Assembly: GCA_964016885.1 (NCBI GenBank)
Contig: OZ024751.1
Coordinates: 15,500,001 to 15,564,000 of the forward strand
From: Eledone cirrhosa
Taxonomy: Eukaryota
Direction: 5' to 3'
DNA length: 64,000 nucleotides
Shown: positions 41,171-53,637 of the stretch, piece by piece
How the letters are laid out: each line of letters opens with the position of its first letter
Numbering within the stretch: the stretch's first letter is position 1
The notes under the pieces: model-generated
What the model was told of the DNA's origin: nothing
Databases searched by the model: none
The model's input: the letters and a program-made list of their open reading frames with translations, nothing else
Position numbers and translations under genes: made by a program

Positions 41171-41556
41171 ACTGATTCTTTTTTTCAAATACCACTTTGG
41201 AAGAAGAATCAGGATGGAGAGAGAGGTGCTGTACCCCAGCAAGTTTTATGAAAGGTGGGTGAAAGTGGCGAGAATGGCCCGAGTGAATGGGCCTTCTCTT
41301 TATATCAGCCTGTAGGTTGAGGAAAAGGAGGAGGAGAGGAAATGAGTACAAACTCTTCGTACTCCTGGAGATGAGGGTTGCACATTTTTTTTCGGGGGTA
41401 TGTGTTACCCATATAAACTGTCTCCCTCTATTGGGGAAAATCGACTAACTTTTTAAATTCCATCTGTGATAACATTTTACACGTTTTTATTGTATGTAAA
41501 CTTCCCCCTTTGTATTTGTCCCCTTCTTTTGTGCCCCTGTGGCTAATAAAGAAATA
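41170..41556 (+). mobile_element. L1/Tx1-like LINE 3' end
   Basis: RIRMEREVL...F.ERW-type C-terminus, pyrimidine-rich 3' UTR and terminal AATAAA. Confidence 0.5.
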
Positions 41557-41895
41557 TATCTATCTATTTATATATACGCAAACACACATATATATAAGAG
41601 AGTATTGAAGTTTGCTTGAAGCATTGTGGAATAATAAGGTATATTTCTTTAGGTCGTTTTGGAAGCCTCAACAATGCAGATGGGTAAATCTCCGGGTAAT
41701 AAGATCCGGTGGTGGAGAGAGAGATGTAAGTGAATGTAGGGTGACATGTGTAGCGTGTAGAAGAATGTAGGAAAGGGCGTAAAGGATAAAAATAATAACA
41801 CGAGATAGAGTTACCTTGGGAGAGATTTAATATATATATAAATATACATATATATATATATACACATATATATATATACACACACACATATATAT

Positions 41896-41943
<48 letters not shown>

Positions 41944-42672
41944 TCGTTTAATGTCCATATCCCACGTTAGCATGGGTTAGACGGGTTGTCCCATTTGAGG
42001 TAAGTTGGGTCAGATGCCCGCATCTTACTCGTATAGGACTTTTTCTGGCTAGGTTTCGTTGGCTGGATGCCCTTCCTAACGCAGTAACATAGAAGACCCG
42101 CCTTCCCACGGGTACAAGCCGAAGTTGAAGCATATAGACAATATGCCTCCCCCCACTGCAAAGTGGTCGTGGAGGTGCCACGGCAAAAAAAGCATACAGC
42201 CCACACTGTAAAGTGGATGTGTAGGCGCCACGGATAAAGCACCCAGTATTCACTGTAGATGAGGTTGGTGTTAGGAAGGGTATCATCCAACTGTAGAAAT
42301 CAACCCAGAATCAGTTCCAATATGAGCAAGACAAGGTCAGCCGACCAGACACTGCCCACAACAGGACAATCTGTCTAACCCATGTTAGCAGGGAAGAACG
42401 GGCGTAAAACGGTGATGATGATGATGATGATAATGATGAAAGTTAGTTCCACAGCAAATTAGCAAACCATACTGGAGGACGCACGTTTCACCCAATGGAT
42501 TCTCAACTCGAGTGAGGTTTATACCAAACTCGTCCTCTGGAGTGAGTTCTGTACTTACTACGGATATAACCTCCTGGTATTTTACCACTATATATATATA
42601 TATATAACGAAGGAAGTGTGGTAAGGAACCAGATGGACCATAATGCACCAGAGTACTCAATACATAGGGTAA

Positions 42673-42945
42673 TAGGAAAAAGTTTAACCCCGACAGCAGA
42701 GCTCAAGCCGTTTCGACGGCTATTTCTGAAGTTTCACTGTTGTGTGAACTTCTAAAAGGGCGAGATTTGAGGGAAAATCAATGTTATATCTAGCAAAATG
42801 GGCAACCATGCAGAGGATCTCATTTTGGTTTGTCGACAAGTGGCGTGAGAAAAAAGTTTTCCATCTAAAATATTTCATTTCTGGAGTCCAGAAATAGCCG
42901 TCGAAACGGCTTGAGCTCTGCCGTCGGGGTTAAACTTTTTCCTAT
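42673..42945. mobile_element. End1 cassettes in inverted orientation around a 160-bp filler
   Basis: 42673-42728 versus 42889-42945; the filler resembles the reverse complement of 43617-43760. Confidence 0.8.
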
Positions 42946-43071
42946 ATATATATAGTTCAGCAGCCAGTACGTTAAAGAAAATTGATAGTTACAACAATAA
43001 AGGCTGAACAGAGAACACATTTTTTAACAAACAATAATTTCCAAGTAACAGAAAATATTTAAATTACATCG

Positions 43072-43344
43072 TTAGAGCCTCAGAGTATACAATATTTTTT
43101 GTTCGGCCATCCGGAGATCGCAGTTGTGCAGCATAATAGCAAAATGTTTTCGCAGGTGAGAAGGGACTTTAGCAGTTGATGCTTCCCGCAGGCTTAGGTG
43201 CCAATGGCTGTCATCGTGTAACATACCACGCATCTGGCAAGCCAAACGGTAAGTGGAACATTGATGGCCATTGATGGTTCTCAGATCTTGGAAAGACTGT
43301 GGTCCTCTAACCTCGAACTGGAAAAAGTTACATCTATGGTGCAA
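43072..43344 (-). pseudogene. Helitron RepHel fragment
   Basis: VRGPQSFQDLRTING..C.TYR.ACQ.RGML.DD.HW..SL.EA....P..LR..FAIML is the conserved inter-domain RepHel motif. Confidence 0.85.
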
Positions 43345-44089
43345 ATTTGGTGCTGTTTGGTCCAGTCGTTTGGCAGAAAGTTTATTACCTACATACGGCC
43401 GTCAGCTTTATAGTATAGATATATTTAGAAATGACTTCTGCCGGACTAGAACTGTTTCATTCGTATACAGTGTTTATATCTTTTACTGTTTATATACAGT
43501 ATATTTATATATATGTTTCTATATGACTGGAATGCTCAGCCACTTGCTCATTGATACCATAAGCAAACAACTGGAACTTTCATTGAAATAACAACCCAAA
43601 TCTAAAGTGGTAGAAAGGAAATGAAATATTTTAGATGGAAAACGTTTTTCTCACGCCACTTGTCAACAAACCAAAATGAGATCCTCTGCATGGTTGCCTG
43701 TCTGCTAGATATAACAGATTGATTTCCCTCAAATCTCACCCTATTAGAAGTTCACACAAAAGTAAAAGAAATACATGGAAAGATCAGACATACTGTGGAA
43801 ATTAGTAAGAAATAAACGATGTCTGAGATAAACGGGATGGTCACGGGAGATCCTCTGCATGGTTGCCTGTTCTGCTAGATATAACAGATTGATTTCCCTC
43901 AAATCTTACCCTATTGAAAGCTCACAAAAAAACACAAACAAAAGAAACGAAGGAAAGAATGGACATACTGTGGATAATATAGTCAGAAATAAACGATGTC
44001 TGAGATAAACGTGATGGTCATGGCTGGAATTAATGACTAATGACTTTGTTCTTCATACGTCTGCCTGACCAAGGTTGACTTGGAGCTAA

Positions 44090-44395
44090 TCACTATCATC
44101 ACCACCACCACCACCGGGCTACCACCACCACCACCACCACCGGACCACCACGACAACCACCACCACTGCCAACACACCACACCACCACCACCACCACCAC
44201 CACCACCACCACCGGACAACCACCACCATCATCACCAGTCCACCATCACCACCAGACCACCACCATCAGACCACAACCGCCACCACCACCACCACCACCA
44301 CCACCAGACCACCACCACCACCACCACCACCACAACCACCACCACCAGACCACCACCAGACCACCACCACCACCACCGCCACCACCACCACCACC
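44090..44395. repeat. (ACC)n-rich repeat
   Basis: Read directly. Confidence 0.9.
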
Positions 44396-44801
44396 TCTTA
44401 ACAAAAGAAAAACAAAATCGGTCACCTTTATAAAATTAATCAAATTGTAATGAAAGGTTTTACATCCAGACATTTATTCCAAGGAAATTCAAAGCAATTT
44501 ACTTTCTAAAGACGGCTCCATTATGACTTTCTACAATGCAACATAGATGTAAAATACATTAACAAAGTGACATTACTATAGCTTTGAAAGCTAACTGCAA
44601 ATGTAAATGCATTTATCTCACGATTTACTGCACTAAATTTTTCAAAAAATTGATTTTATTCAAGCACTTATTGTCGATTACAACCGTTTCACTTTGGTTA
44701 TGTAATTACTTTTGAAAGTAGACAAACATTTAAAGTGGAAGTCTTGAAGGCCGTAGTTATTGTGTACGACTTTCAAATAGAAACGTCAGCTTTACACGGC
44801 T

Positions 44802-44862
<61 letters not shown>

Positions 44863-45010
44863 ATACTTTTGGGAGTGTCATGTTGCCAATAAGAAACACG
44901 CACCAGTTGCTTTCACTCCAATTTATTATAAATTAAATTATAAATTTAAATTTTTTTATAAATTTCCGGTTGGTTGGTTGGTTCCACAACCGGACGGTTG
45001 TTCATATATT

Positions 45011-45053
45011 GTCAAAGTTCTTTCGTCACACATTCTGTGACCTCATCAGTGAC
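45011..45053 (-). ncRNA. Minimal type I hammerhead within the (TA)n-bounded island 44857-45410
   Basis: gtca-CTGATGA-g-gtcaca gaatg tgtgac-GAAAG aa CTT-tgac. Confidence 0.75.
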
Positions 45054-45406
45054 CGAGGATTCTTTTCTTTGTTTTCTGCCTCTCTTTTGTTCTGTCCTAC
45101 GCCATCTTGTTTTTGTGTGTGTTGTGTGCTTAGTTTGCGCATGTGTTACATCCGGGTGTCTGTGTGTGTTTATATTTGTTTATTTATTTGTTTATTTACA
45201 TGTTACTGGTTGGTTGTTTGTTCTATGTGCGTGTGTGTTTTCATTTTGTCCTTAATTGTAAGTTGTGATGTTGCTGTTCCATTCATGTTTTCTATTTAAT
45301 TTTGGTTGGAGTTCATTTATGTTTATTGCCTCCCAAAGTATAACAATATCAGTTTCAACACACGCTTTCAGATAAAGAATCTTGCTAAACAAATTCAGAA
45401 AGAAAC

Positions 45407-45503
<97 letters not shown>

Positions 45504-45547
45504 CATATATATATATACATATACTACACACACACACATATATATAT

Positions 45548-45643
45548 AGGAACGAGTAAGACCCCGACGGCTGAGCTCAAGCCGTTTCGACGGCTAGTTC
45601 TGGACTATGGTCCACCTGGTTCCTTACCACATTTCCTTCGTTA
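45548..45643. mobile_element. ~95-bp two-ended mini-insert (End1 plus End2) between (TA)n tracts
   Basis: End1 ccccgacggctgagctcaagccgtttcgacggc; End2 tatggtcc..ggttccttaccaca..ttccttcgt also occurs inverted at 42606-42642. Confidence 0.7.
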
Positions 45644-46364
45644 TATATATATATATATATGTTTATATGTTTATAAGTTCGATATAGACTAGACAACCAT
45701 AATTATGGGGAAATGTCAGGAGACTGGTGATTATCATTTATCTTGTATGTTATGACGGTGTTCGGTCCGGCTGTCTGTGCACACCGATTTCAAATCTTGC
45801 CAAGTTAAAGTCAAACTTTACATTTCATCCTTTCGAGATCGATAAAAAAAGTAGTAGTCCTGTACTGGCGGTCGATTCTCACCCCCCTCTCTCCCCCTCT
45901 CTCTCTCTCTTGATTGGAAGGAATCGGCTGAATTCTGATCTGGAGAGGGGATGGGTGGTCTAAGTCAAGTTTAAAATGACCAAGACTTCACAAATTCACC
46001 TCTGGGACTCCATCAAGAGTTGCAGGTCCATTCATACATACATTGTTCATTTGTATTACCATATCTGAATTTCTGTACGTATATATATATATATATATAT
46101 ATATCAAATGTTAAGTAAGCAAACTAATCAAAGAGGAGAAGAGAGTGATTAGTTAAGAAAATTACAAGCCAGTAGAGAGAGGGTTAGTGTGCTCGATGCG
46201 TAAGGTTTGCAAGACATGCGAAAAGTGAGTAATTCGTAGAAATTATGTCTAGCAAAATTATTAAATGCAAAATTATATAATTTTTTTTTAGATGTCCCAA
46301 ACGGGTAAAAATATAAGGAAAACAAATTGGAAATGCAACTGGAATCTTTTAAGAATATTTATTT

Positions 46365-46402
46365 ACTTTACCAGTTTCACAGTTCTTATGATTTTCAAAA
46401 GT
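46365..46402 (-). ncRNA. Second U3-A8 hammerhead variant with decayed stem II
   Basis: actt-TTGAAAA-tcataagaactgt-GAAAC tg GTA-aagt; flanks homologous to 19320-19430. Confidence 0.6.
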
Positions 46403-46433
46403 AAAATTGAGATAGAGGGTTTATGTATATATA

Positions 46434-46838
46434 TATATTAATAAGAGGAATTCCAACTTTGTCTGATTTACTCGTTTTATTTACAATCCTTTAAAATATA
46501 TATAATGGTATTATAATGAAATAGTATGATAGAATATTAAATTCTAAGTGTTAATTGAACAAGTACTTTCATGCTTTCGCAATCTTCAGGTTCATGATAT
46601 GTGGTGACAGTCGAGTTTGCAATTTTCAACTGAAATTTTCAGTTGAAAATTGCAAACTCGACTGTCACCACATATCATGAACCTGAAGATTGCGAAAGCA
46701 TGAAAGTACTTGTTCAATTAACACTTAGAATTTAATATTCTATCATACTATTTCATTATAATACCATTATATATATTTTAAAGGATTGTAAATAAAACGA
46801 GTAAATCAGACAAAGTTGGAATTCCTCTTATTAATATA
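46434..46838. repeat. 405-bp perfect palindrome with a 1-nt spacer
   Basis: Centre caactgaaa-t-tttcagttg at 46636; no arm mismatch seen by eye. Confidence 0.92.
46678..46716 (+). ncRNA. Minimal type I hammerhead (mirror copy 46556-46594 on minus)
   Basis: tgaac-CTGAAGA-t-tgc GAAA gca-t-GAAAG ta CTT-gttca; GNRA-capped stem II; stem III is the palindrome AGTACT. Confidence 0.8.
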
Positions 46839-47339
46839 ATCTTCTATACACAATCATACACACCCGTGTATATTTACCTATCTATATCTATATATCTATA
46901 TATATATATATATATTTGCATGTATTTATCAATGAAAGACATGCGAAGGGTGGATTCCAGTAACTTTTATTGTTGCATAATACGCATTATGCAACAATAA
47001 AATAAGTTATTGGAATCGGCCTTCATATGCTTTTCATTGAAGTATTTGACTCCGTTCCTGTACCACCCACGAGATACTATATCCATGATGGAGGACACAC
47101 ATGACGTCGAGTGCTTTTTTCTGAATACACCATGATCTGCTGATCGGAATGACTGGATCACAAACCCAGCTTCCTATTAGTTAAACCATACAACATAAAG
47201 AAATATACTGTATGTATGTATGTATGTATGTATGTATGTATGTATGTATGTATGTATGTATGTATGTATGTATGTATGTATGTATGTATGTATGTATGCA
47301 TGCATGTATGCATGTATGTATGTATGTATGTATGTATGT

Positions 47340-47674
47340 TTTTGTGGATCAAGAGGTTCCTAGTCTTCATTAAGACATCTCTCTAGGAGAAGGTCACTCT
47401 GATACAAAACCTGCGACTTTGTTTGCATCCAATGACCAGTTCTTCTTTTGGGGTAAATGCATTTGATGTTCAGAGAGTGGGATTGCCCCCGTGCAGAGCC
47501 TTTCCTCACTTAAAAAAAGCTTCAAGCACAGGCATCGCTTGATATGTGACATTTTTTGCGATGCATGACATTGCTGGCCATAGGCAAGTCCCTAGCAGGA
47601 CTAAAAAGCCACGTCTATGATGCTCATGCTTAAGTATCAAGCGATGGCATTACTTGAAATCGAATTGCAGCCAT

Positions 47675-47677
<3 letters not shown>
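47340..47677 (+). mobile_element. Older subfamily of the RTE-derived element
   Basis: ctaggagaaggtcactctgat..agagtgggattg..ggactaaaaagccac..gcagccatcatg; preceded by (TATG)n; similar fragment at 59905-60070 (-). Confidence 0.65.
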
Positions 47678-47772
<95 letters not shown>

Positions 47773-47805
47773 TATGTATGAATGTATGTATTTATGTATG
47801 TATGT

Positions 47806-48182
47806 ATTCTAGGAGAAGGAAAACTCTGATATAACACCTGCAACCCTGATGGTATCCAATGATGTTGACTTGTTCTTCTTTTTGGTAAATATCATCTTGG
47901 TTAAGAGAGTGGGACTGGCTTTGTGCAGTGCCTTTGCTCACTATAACAGCTTCACGGCACAGGCATTGCTTTATATCTGGAGATCTCTCTGCACTTGTCG
48001 TCACATGGTACCATGGGCCCAGCACTATGTGTCAATAATTGTCACAAGTGTAGTGTTTATACCAGAGTTGTCAAGTCGCTGGCTGGACTAAAAAGTCACA
48101 CTCGTTCAGCGCATCGGTAGGGGTTCTCCTACATGGATATAAAGTAGTGGCCGTACTCGAAAACGAATTGGCAGCCACCATG
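47806..48182 (+). mobile_element. 5'-truncated RTE-derived element
   Basis: Matches 57140-57515; flanked by TATG repeats. Confidence 0.85.
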
Positions 48183-48404
48183 TATGTATGTATAATAGAT
48201 ATTCTTCTCTCGGGTCCTTTAAGCAAATATCAAACAACCAATACTGGGAATTAATGAGAAGTATGATATATTAATTTCCAGATAAAATCTTTGGTTTCGG
48301 TCAGGTTTGGGGCTGGAAGGTCAGGAGTAAATTTAGCCTATTTTAGAAATGATTATGTTTTTTCTTAATTGCAATAATAGCTGCTGGGAGTTTGGTCGTT
48401 TAAG

Positions 48405-49240
48405 TGAAGAGAGGGAAGAGGAAGAAGAACAAGAAGATGATGAAGTAGAAGGAAGATGAAGAGGAGATAGATGAAGAAGAGGTAGAAAAAGAACAAGAAG
48501 GCGAAAAAGAAGAGGTAGAATAGTAGTAATAGTAGGAGGAGGAAAAAGCAAGAAGAAGAGGTAGAAGAAGAATATGAAGAAGCAGAAAGAAGAGGGAAGA
48601 AGAAGAGGTAGAAAAAGATGAAGAAGAAGCAGAAGGAAGAGGGAAGAAGAAAAGATAAAAAAAGAACAAGATGAAGAAGAAGTAGAAGGAAGAGGGAAGA
48701 AGAAGCAGTAGAGGTAGACGATCAAGAAGATGAAGTGGTAGAAGAAGAAGAAGACGAAGAAGAAGATGAGAAGTAGTAGTAGTAGTAGGAGGAGGAAAAA
48801 AAGTAAACGAAGAAGAAGGAGCATAATAATTGTTCATATATTTATGACTAAAGAAGTAGTAGATGTTATAGTAACAGGAAAGAAAGAGAAAGAAAGAAGA
48901 GAAGAAACGGAAGAAGTGGAAGAAGAAAAAGAGGAAGAAGAAAAAGAGGAAGAAAAAGAAGTGGAAGAAGAAGAGGAAGAAGAAAAAGTGGAAGAAAAAG
49001 AAGTGGAAGAAAAAGATGAAAAAGAAGTAGTGGAAAAAGAAAAAGAGGAAGAAGAAGCGGAAGAAGAAGAAGATGAAGAAGAAAAAGAAGTGGAAGAAGA
49101 TGAAAAAGAAGTAGTGGAAAAAGAAAAAGAGGAAGAAGAAGAAGAAGAAAAAGAAGTAGTCGAAGAAGAAAATGAGGAAGAAAACGAAGAAGAAAAAGAA
49201 GCGGAAGAAGAATTGGAAGACGAAAAAGAAGTGAAGAAAA
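48405..49240. repeat. (GAA)n-rich polypurine low-complexity tract
   Basis: Read directly. Confidence 0.9.
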
Positions 49241-49424
49241 AGATTTTCTTTGATAACTTTCGTCATTTGTTTGATTCAATTAGCCTAAAAAACATCGTTA
49301 TTTCCAAAATCTAAAGTTAATCAATAAGACGCTAATTTACCAGACATTGTCATCGTAATTATGGTTCAGATTATAACCCACCATCATTAGCACTATCATT
49401 ATCATATTACACCCAACGACAACT

Positions 49425-50030
49425 ACCCCCACACCGCCATATCACATTATACATAACTACAGTCTCCCCCACACCGCCATATCACATTATACATAACTAC
49501 AGTCTCCCCCACACCGCCATATCACATTATACGTAACTACAGTCACCCCACACCGCCACATCAGATTGTACGTAACTACAGTCTCCCCCACACCGCCATA
49601 TCACATTGTACATAACTACAGTCTCCCCCACACCGCCATATCACATTGTACATAACTACAGTCTCCCCCACACCGCCATATCACATTATACATAACTACA
49701 GTCTCCCCCACACCGCAGTATCACATTATAAATAACTAGTGTCTCCCCGACACCGCCATATCACATTGTACATAACTACAGTCTCCGCCACACCGCCATA
49801 TCACATTATACATAACTACAGTCTCCCCCACACCTCCATATCACATTATACATAACTACAGTCTCCCCCACACCGCCATATCACATTATACGTAACTACA
49901 GTCCCACCCCACTCCGCCATATCACATTATACATAACTATAGTCCCACCCAACTCCGCCATATCACAATATACACAACCACACCTCCCTCACACCACCAT
50001 ATCACAATATATACAACAGCTCTCCCCCAC
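49425..50030. repeat. 40-bp minisatellite, ~15 units
   Basis: Unit acaccgccatatcacattatacataactacagtctccccc. Confidence 0.92.
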
Positions 50031-50149
50031 CATGTCAACAACTTTTATCATTGCTCTCATCATCATCATCATGAACATGAGCTTCATTTATAATAATTGT
50101 AAATATGTTTTTATCCCCAAGTAAAACGACCATAATCTTCATTTTCCTT

Positions 50150-51266
50150 CTCAACCTCACCATACTCATCCTCGGCTCACCTCTCTCTGATCTTCCTTCT
50201 TCACATCATCATCATCACCATACTCATCCTCGGCTCACCTCTCTCTGATCTTCCTTCTTCACATCATCATCACCATACTCATCCTCGGCTCACCTCTCTC
50301 TGATCTTCCTTCTTCACATCATCATCACCATGCTCATCCTCGGCTCACCTCTCTCTGATCTTCCTTCTTCACATCATCATCACCAGCCTCATCCTCGGCT
50401 CATCTCTCTCTGATCTTCCTTCTTCACATCATCATCACCAGCCTCATCCTCGGCTCACCTCTCTCTGATCTTCCTTCTTCACATCATCATCCCCAGCCTC
50501 ATCCTCGGCTCACCTCTTTCTGATCTTCCTTCTTCACATCATCATCACCACCCTCATCCTCGGCTCATCTCTCTCTGATCTTCCTTCTTCACATCATCAT
50601 CACTAGCCTCATCCTCGACTCACCTCTTTCTGATCTTCCTTCTTCACATCATCATCACCAGCCTCATCCTCGGCTCACCTCTCTCTGATCTTCCTTCTTC
50701 ACATCATCATCACCACCCTCATCCTCGGCTCATCTCTCTCTGATCTTCCTTCTTCACATCATCATCACCAGCCTCATCCTCGGCTCACCTCTCTCTGATC
50801 TTCCTTCTTCACATCATCATCCCCAGCCTCATCCTCGGCTCACCTCTTTCTGATCTTCCTTCTTCACATCATCATCACCACCCTCATCCTCGGCTCACCT
50901 CTCTCTGATCTTCCTTCTTCACATCATCATCACCAGCCTCATCCTCGGCTCACCTCTTTCTGATCTTCCTTCTTCACATCATCATCACCATCCTCATCAT
51001 CGGCTCACCTCTCTCTGATCTTCCTTCTTCACATCATCATCATCACCAGCCTCATCCTCGGCTCACCTCTTTCTGATCTTCCTTCTTCACATCATCATCA
51101 CCAGCCTCATCCTCGGCTCACCTCTTTCTGATCTTCCTTCTTCACATCATCATCACCAACCCCATCCTCGGCTCACCTCTCGCTGATCTTCCTTCTTCAC
51201 ATCATCATCACCATCCTCATCATCGGCTCACCTCTCTCTGATCTTCCTTCTTCACATCATCATCAC
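50150..51266. repeat. 55-bp minisatellite, ~20 units
   Basis: Unit caccagcctcatcctcggctcacctctctctgatcttccttcttcacatcatcat. Confidence 0.92.
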
Positions 51267-51286
51267 GTCCACCAATATCACCAATA

Positions 51287-51478
51287 TAATTGTTTCTACT
51301 TTAGGCACAAGGCCATCAATTACCCAGTACATTACTGGTACTTTATTTTATCGACCCCGTAAGGATGAAAGGCAAAGTTAACCTCGGCGGGATTTGAACT
51401 CAGACCATAAAGGGGCGTAACTCTTTTCTGCAAAGCATGGCGTCCGACCCTCTACCGATACTGCCAATCCACCACCCT
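51287..51478 (-). mobile_element. S1 tRNA-derived SINE
   Basis: Full-length family match. Confidence 0.88.
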
Positions 51479-51785
51479 TATACTATAATTGTTTAATCTT
51501 TAGAGCCCATCAGGCCGGTGCTTATTCTAGTTGCCGTGGCATTAAGCGACTGAGAGTACAAAACTCTACCATGGACAAGGACGCCTGTCAATCGCAGCGT
51601 ACTCAATTTCAGTTGTGTATACTGGAGCAATGTGAAATGAAGTGTTTTGCTAAAAAAAAACACACCACACAACGCAGTCTGAGAATCGAACCCACGACAT
51701 TGTCGAACCCAGGCCATGTACCGCCTGAATATAATCATAAACGTCATCATATATATATATATAATCATAAGCTTCATTATATATA

Positions 51786-51816
51786 CTAGCAGGAAAACCA
51801 CCGGGTGGTTTTCTGG
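51786..51816 (-). mobile_element. Helitron-like 3' terminus
   Basis: Hairpin gaaaaccacc-c-ggtggttttc followed by CTAG|T on the minus strand. Confidence 0.45.
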
Positions 51817-52155
51817 TAGCATGTGTAGTATGCATATTGATATTATGCGCAATATAAAAGTTATGATATAACCATGCAAATATATGAATGTTTATATAAG
51901 CGTTATAATATAGCGTCCGTTATATCATAACTGGATGTATTGACATTTGAAAAGTTTAAAAGAAGTGAATTTAAAAATAAACAATCATTATATATAAGAA
52001 TATTTATGTTTAATCTACAGCTACGAAATTTAGGACATAAATTATGTAATATTCATTCATTATTTATAAGTACCAGTAATGTACTGGGTAATTGCTGGCC
52101 TTGTGCCTAAAGTAGAAACAATTATTTATTCAAAGTAATTCATTATTTTTTCAAA

Positions 52156-52345
52156 GGGCGGTGAATTGGCAGTATCGGTAGAGGGTTGGACGCCATGCTT
52201 TCTAGCATAGTTACGTCCCTTTACAGTCTGAGTTCAAATCCCGCCGAGATAACTTTGCCTTTCATCCTTACGGGGTCGATAAAATAAAGTACCAGTAATG
52301 TACTGGGTAATTGCTGGCCTTGTGCATAAAGTAGAAACAATTATT
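52156..52345 (+). mobile_element. S1 tRNA-derived SINE
   Basis: A box TGGCAGTATCGG and B box GAGTTCAAATCC. Confidence 0.88.
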
Positions 52346-52445
52346 TATTCAAAGTAATCTGACTTACTTTACTAACGGGATAAAAAAATATATTTAGGAC
52401 ACAGTCCCGCACTCCTTACTTTATTATATTATGATATATATATAT

Positions 52446-52826
52446 GGAGGAAGTTATAGTTCACTTGAAGCATTGTGTAATGAGGTATAAACGTTTGAAT
52501 TTGTAAAGCCAAAACAATGCAGGTATGGACATAGAATAAAAAAATGCAAATGCAAAAGATATTGTTGACAATTAGTCTTTTACCTTAGATTTATTTAAAT
52601 GTCCTTAATTTTCGAGAGAATACCTCTTCTTCGGAGGGAAGTAAAGCGGTTAAACCAGTGTTCTAAATAGCTTGCCAAGTCATGCTGACAGGAAATGGTA
52701 TAAAGTATCTATAGGACATTTAAATAAATCTAAGGTAAAAGACTAATTGTCAACAATATCTTTTGCGTTTGCATTTTTTTAATTCTATATCCATACCTGC
52801 ATTGTTTTGGCTTTACAAATTCAAAC

Positions 52827-52833
<7 letters not shown>
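52446..52833. mobile_element. Fold-back mini-element with 120-bp arms between TA repeats
   Basis: 52486-52605 versus 52713-52833; tail related to 28880-28976 and 41595-41680. Confidence 0.85.
52603..52637 (-). ncRNA. Minimal hammerhead variant with CCGAAGA core
   Basis: cct-CCGAAGA-a-gag gtattct ctc-GAAAA-TTA-agg; stem III is the palindrome AATT. Confidence 0.6.
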
Positions 52834-52870
<37 letters not shown>

Positions 52871-53067
52871 ATAATATTAATAAATGGAAGCTTCTATTTA
52901 TTAATATTATTGATATTATACTCCAGAATAATACTGTTGAGTGCTTCTAATTTGTTATAAACTAAATTTGTTGAATAATCAACAAATTAAATAACTCATT
53001 GCTTATATATATATAGGAAAAGGTTCAGGACCCCGACGGCAGAGCTCAAGCTGTTTCGACGGCTATT

Positions 53068-53100
<33 letters not shown>

Positions 53101-53211
53101 CTATCTATCTATCTATAGATAGATAGATAGATAGATAGATAGAGAGAGAGAAATGCGTAGATGAAAGATCAAGGAAAACAGTGCTCAGTCTGTTGCAAGA
53201 GAGCTTATTTA

Positions 53212-53267
53212 GTATAAACAAAGTTTCATACACTTAACGTGTTAAATTTATGAAACTTTGTTTATAC
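53212..53267. repeat. Short hairpin containing a GAAAC-ttt-GTT half motif
   Basis: gtataaacaaagtttcata / tatgaaactttgtttatac. Confidence 0.7.
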
Positions 53268-53445
53268 AATATATATATAAATACACACACACACACAGTA
53301 TAATTTACAGCTCCACACGCACACACACACAGAGTATAATTTACAGCTCTATAGTGACATTTCTCCGTTACTCTATTATTTAGAGATCATCAACAGTTGG
53401 TTATTATTTTTATTTATTTATCCTCTTCTTTATGAATTTTAATAA

Positions 53446-53637
53446 TAATTGTTTCTACTTTTGGCACAAGGCCAGCAATTACCCAGTGCATTACTGGTAC
53501 TTTATTTTATCGACCCCGTAAGGATGAAAGGCAAAGTTAACCTCGGCGGGGTTTGAACTCAGATCATAAAGGGACGTAACTCTATGCTTCAAAGCATGGT
53601 GTCCGACTCTCTACCGATACTGCCAATCCCCCGCCCT
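53446..53637 (-). mobile_element. S1 SINE with TSD
   Basis: Flanking repeat tgaattttaataataat. Confidence 0.9.

Noticed and set aside
48766-49314. Glu/Lys-rich protein
   Set aside because: Part of a larger GAA-rich tract with stops upstream; no supporting gene structure.
52156-52245. tRNA genes at A/B-box sequences
   Set aside because: No cloverleaf; the boxes are heads of multi-copy SINEs with TSDs.
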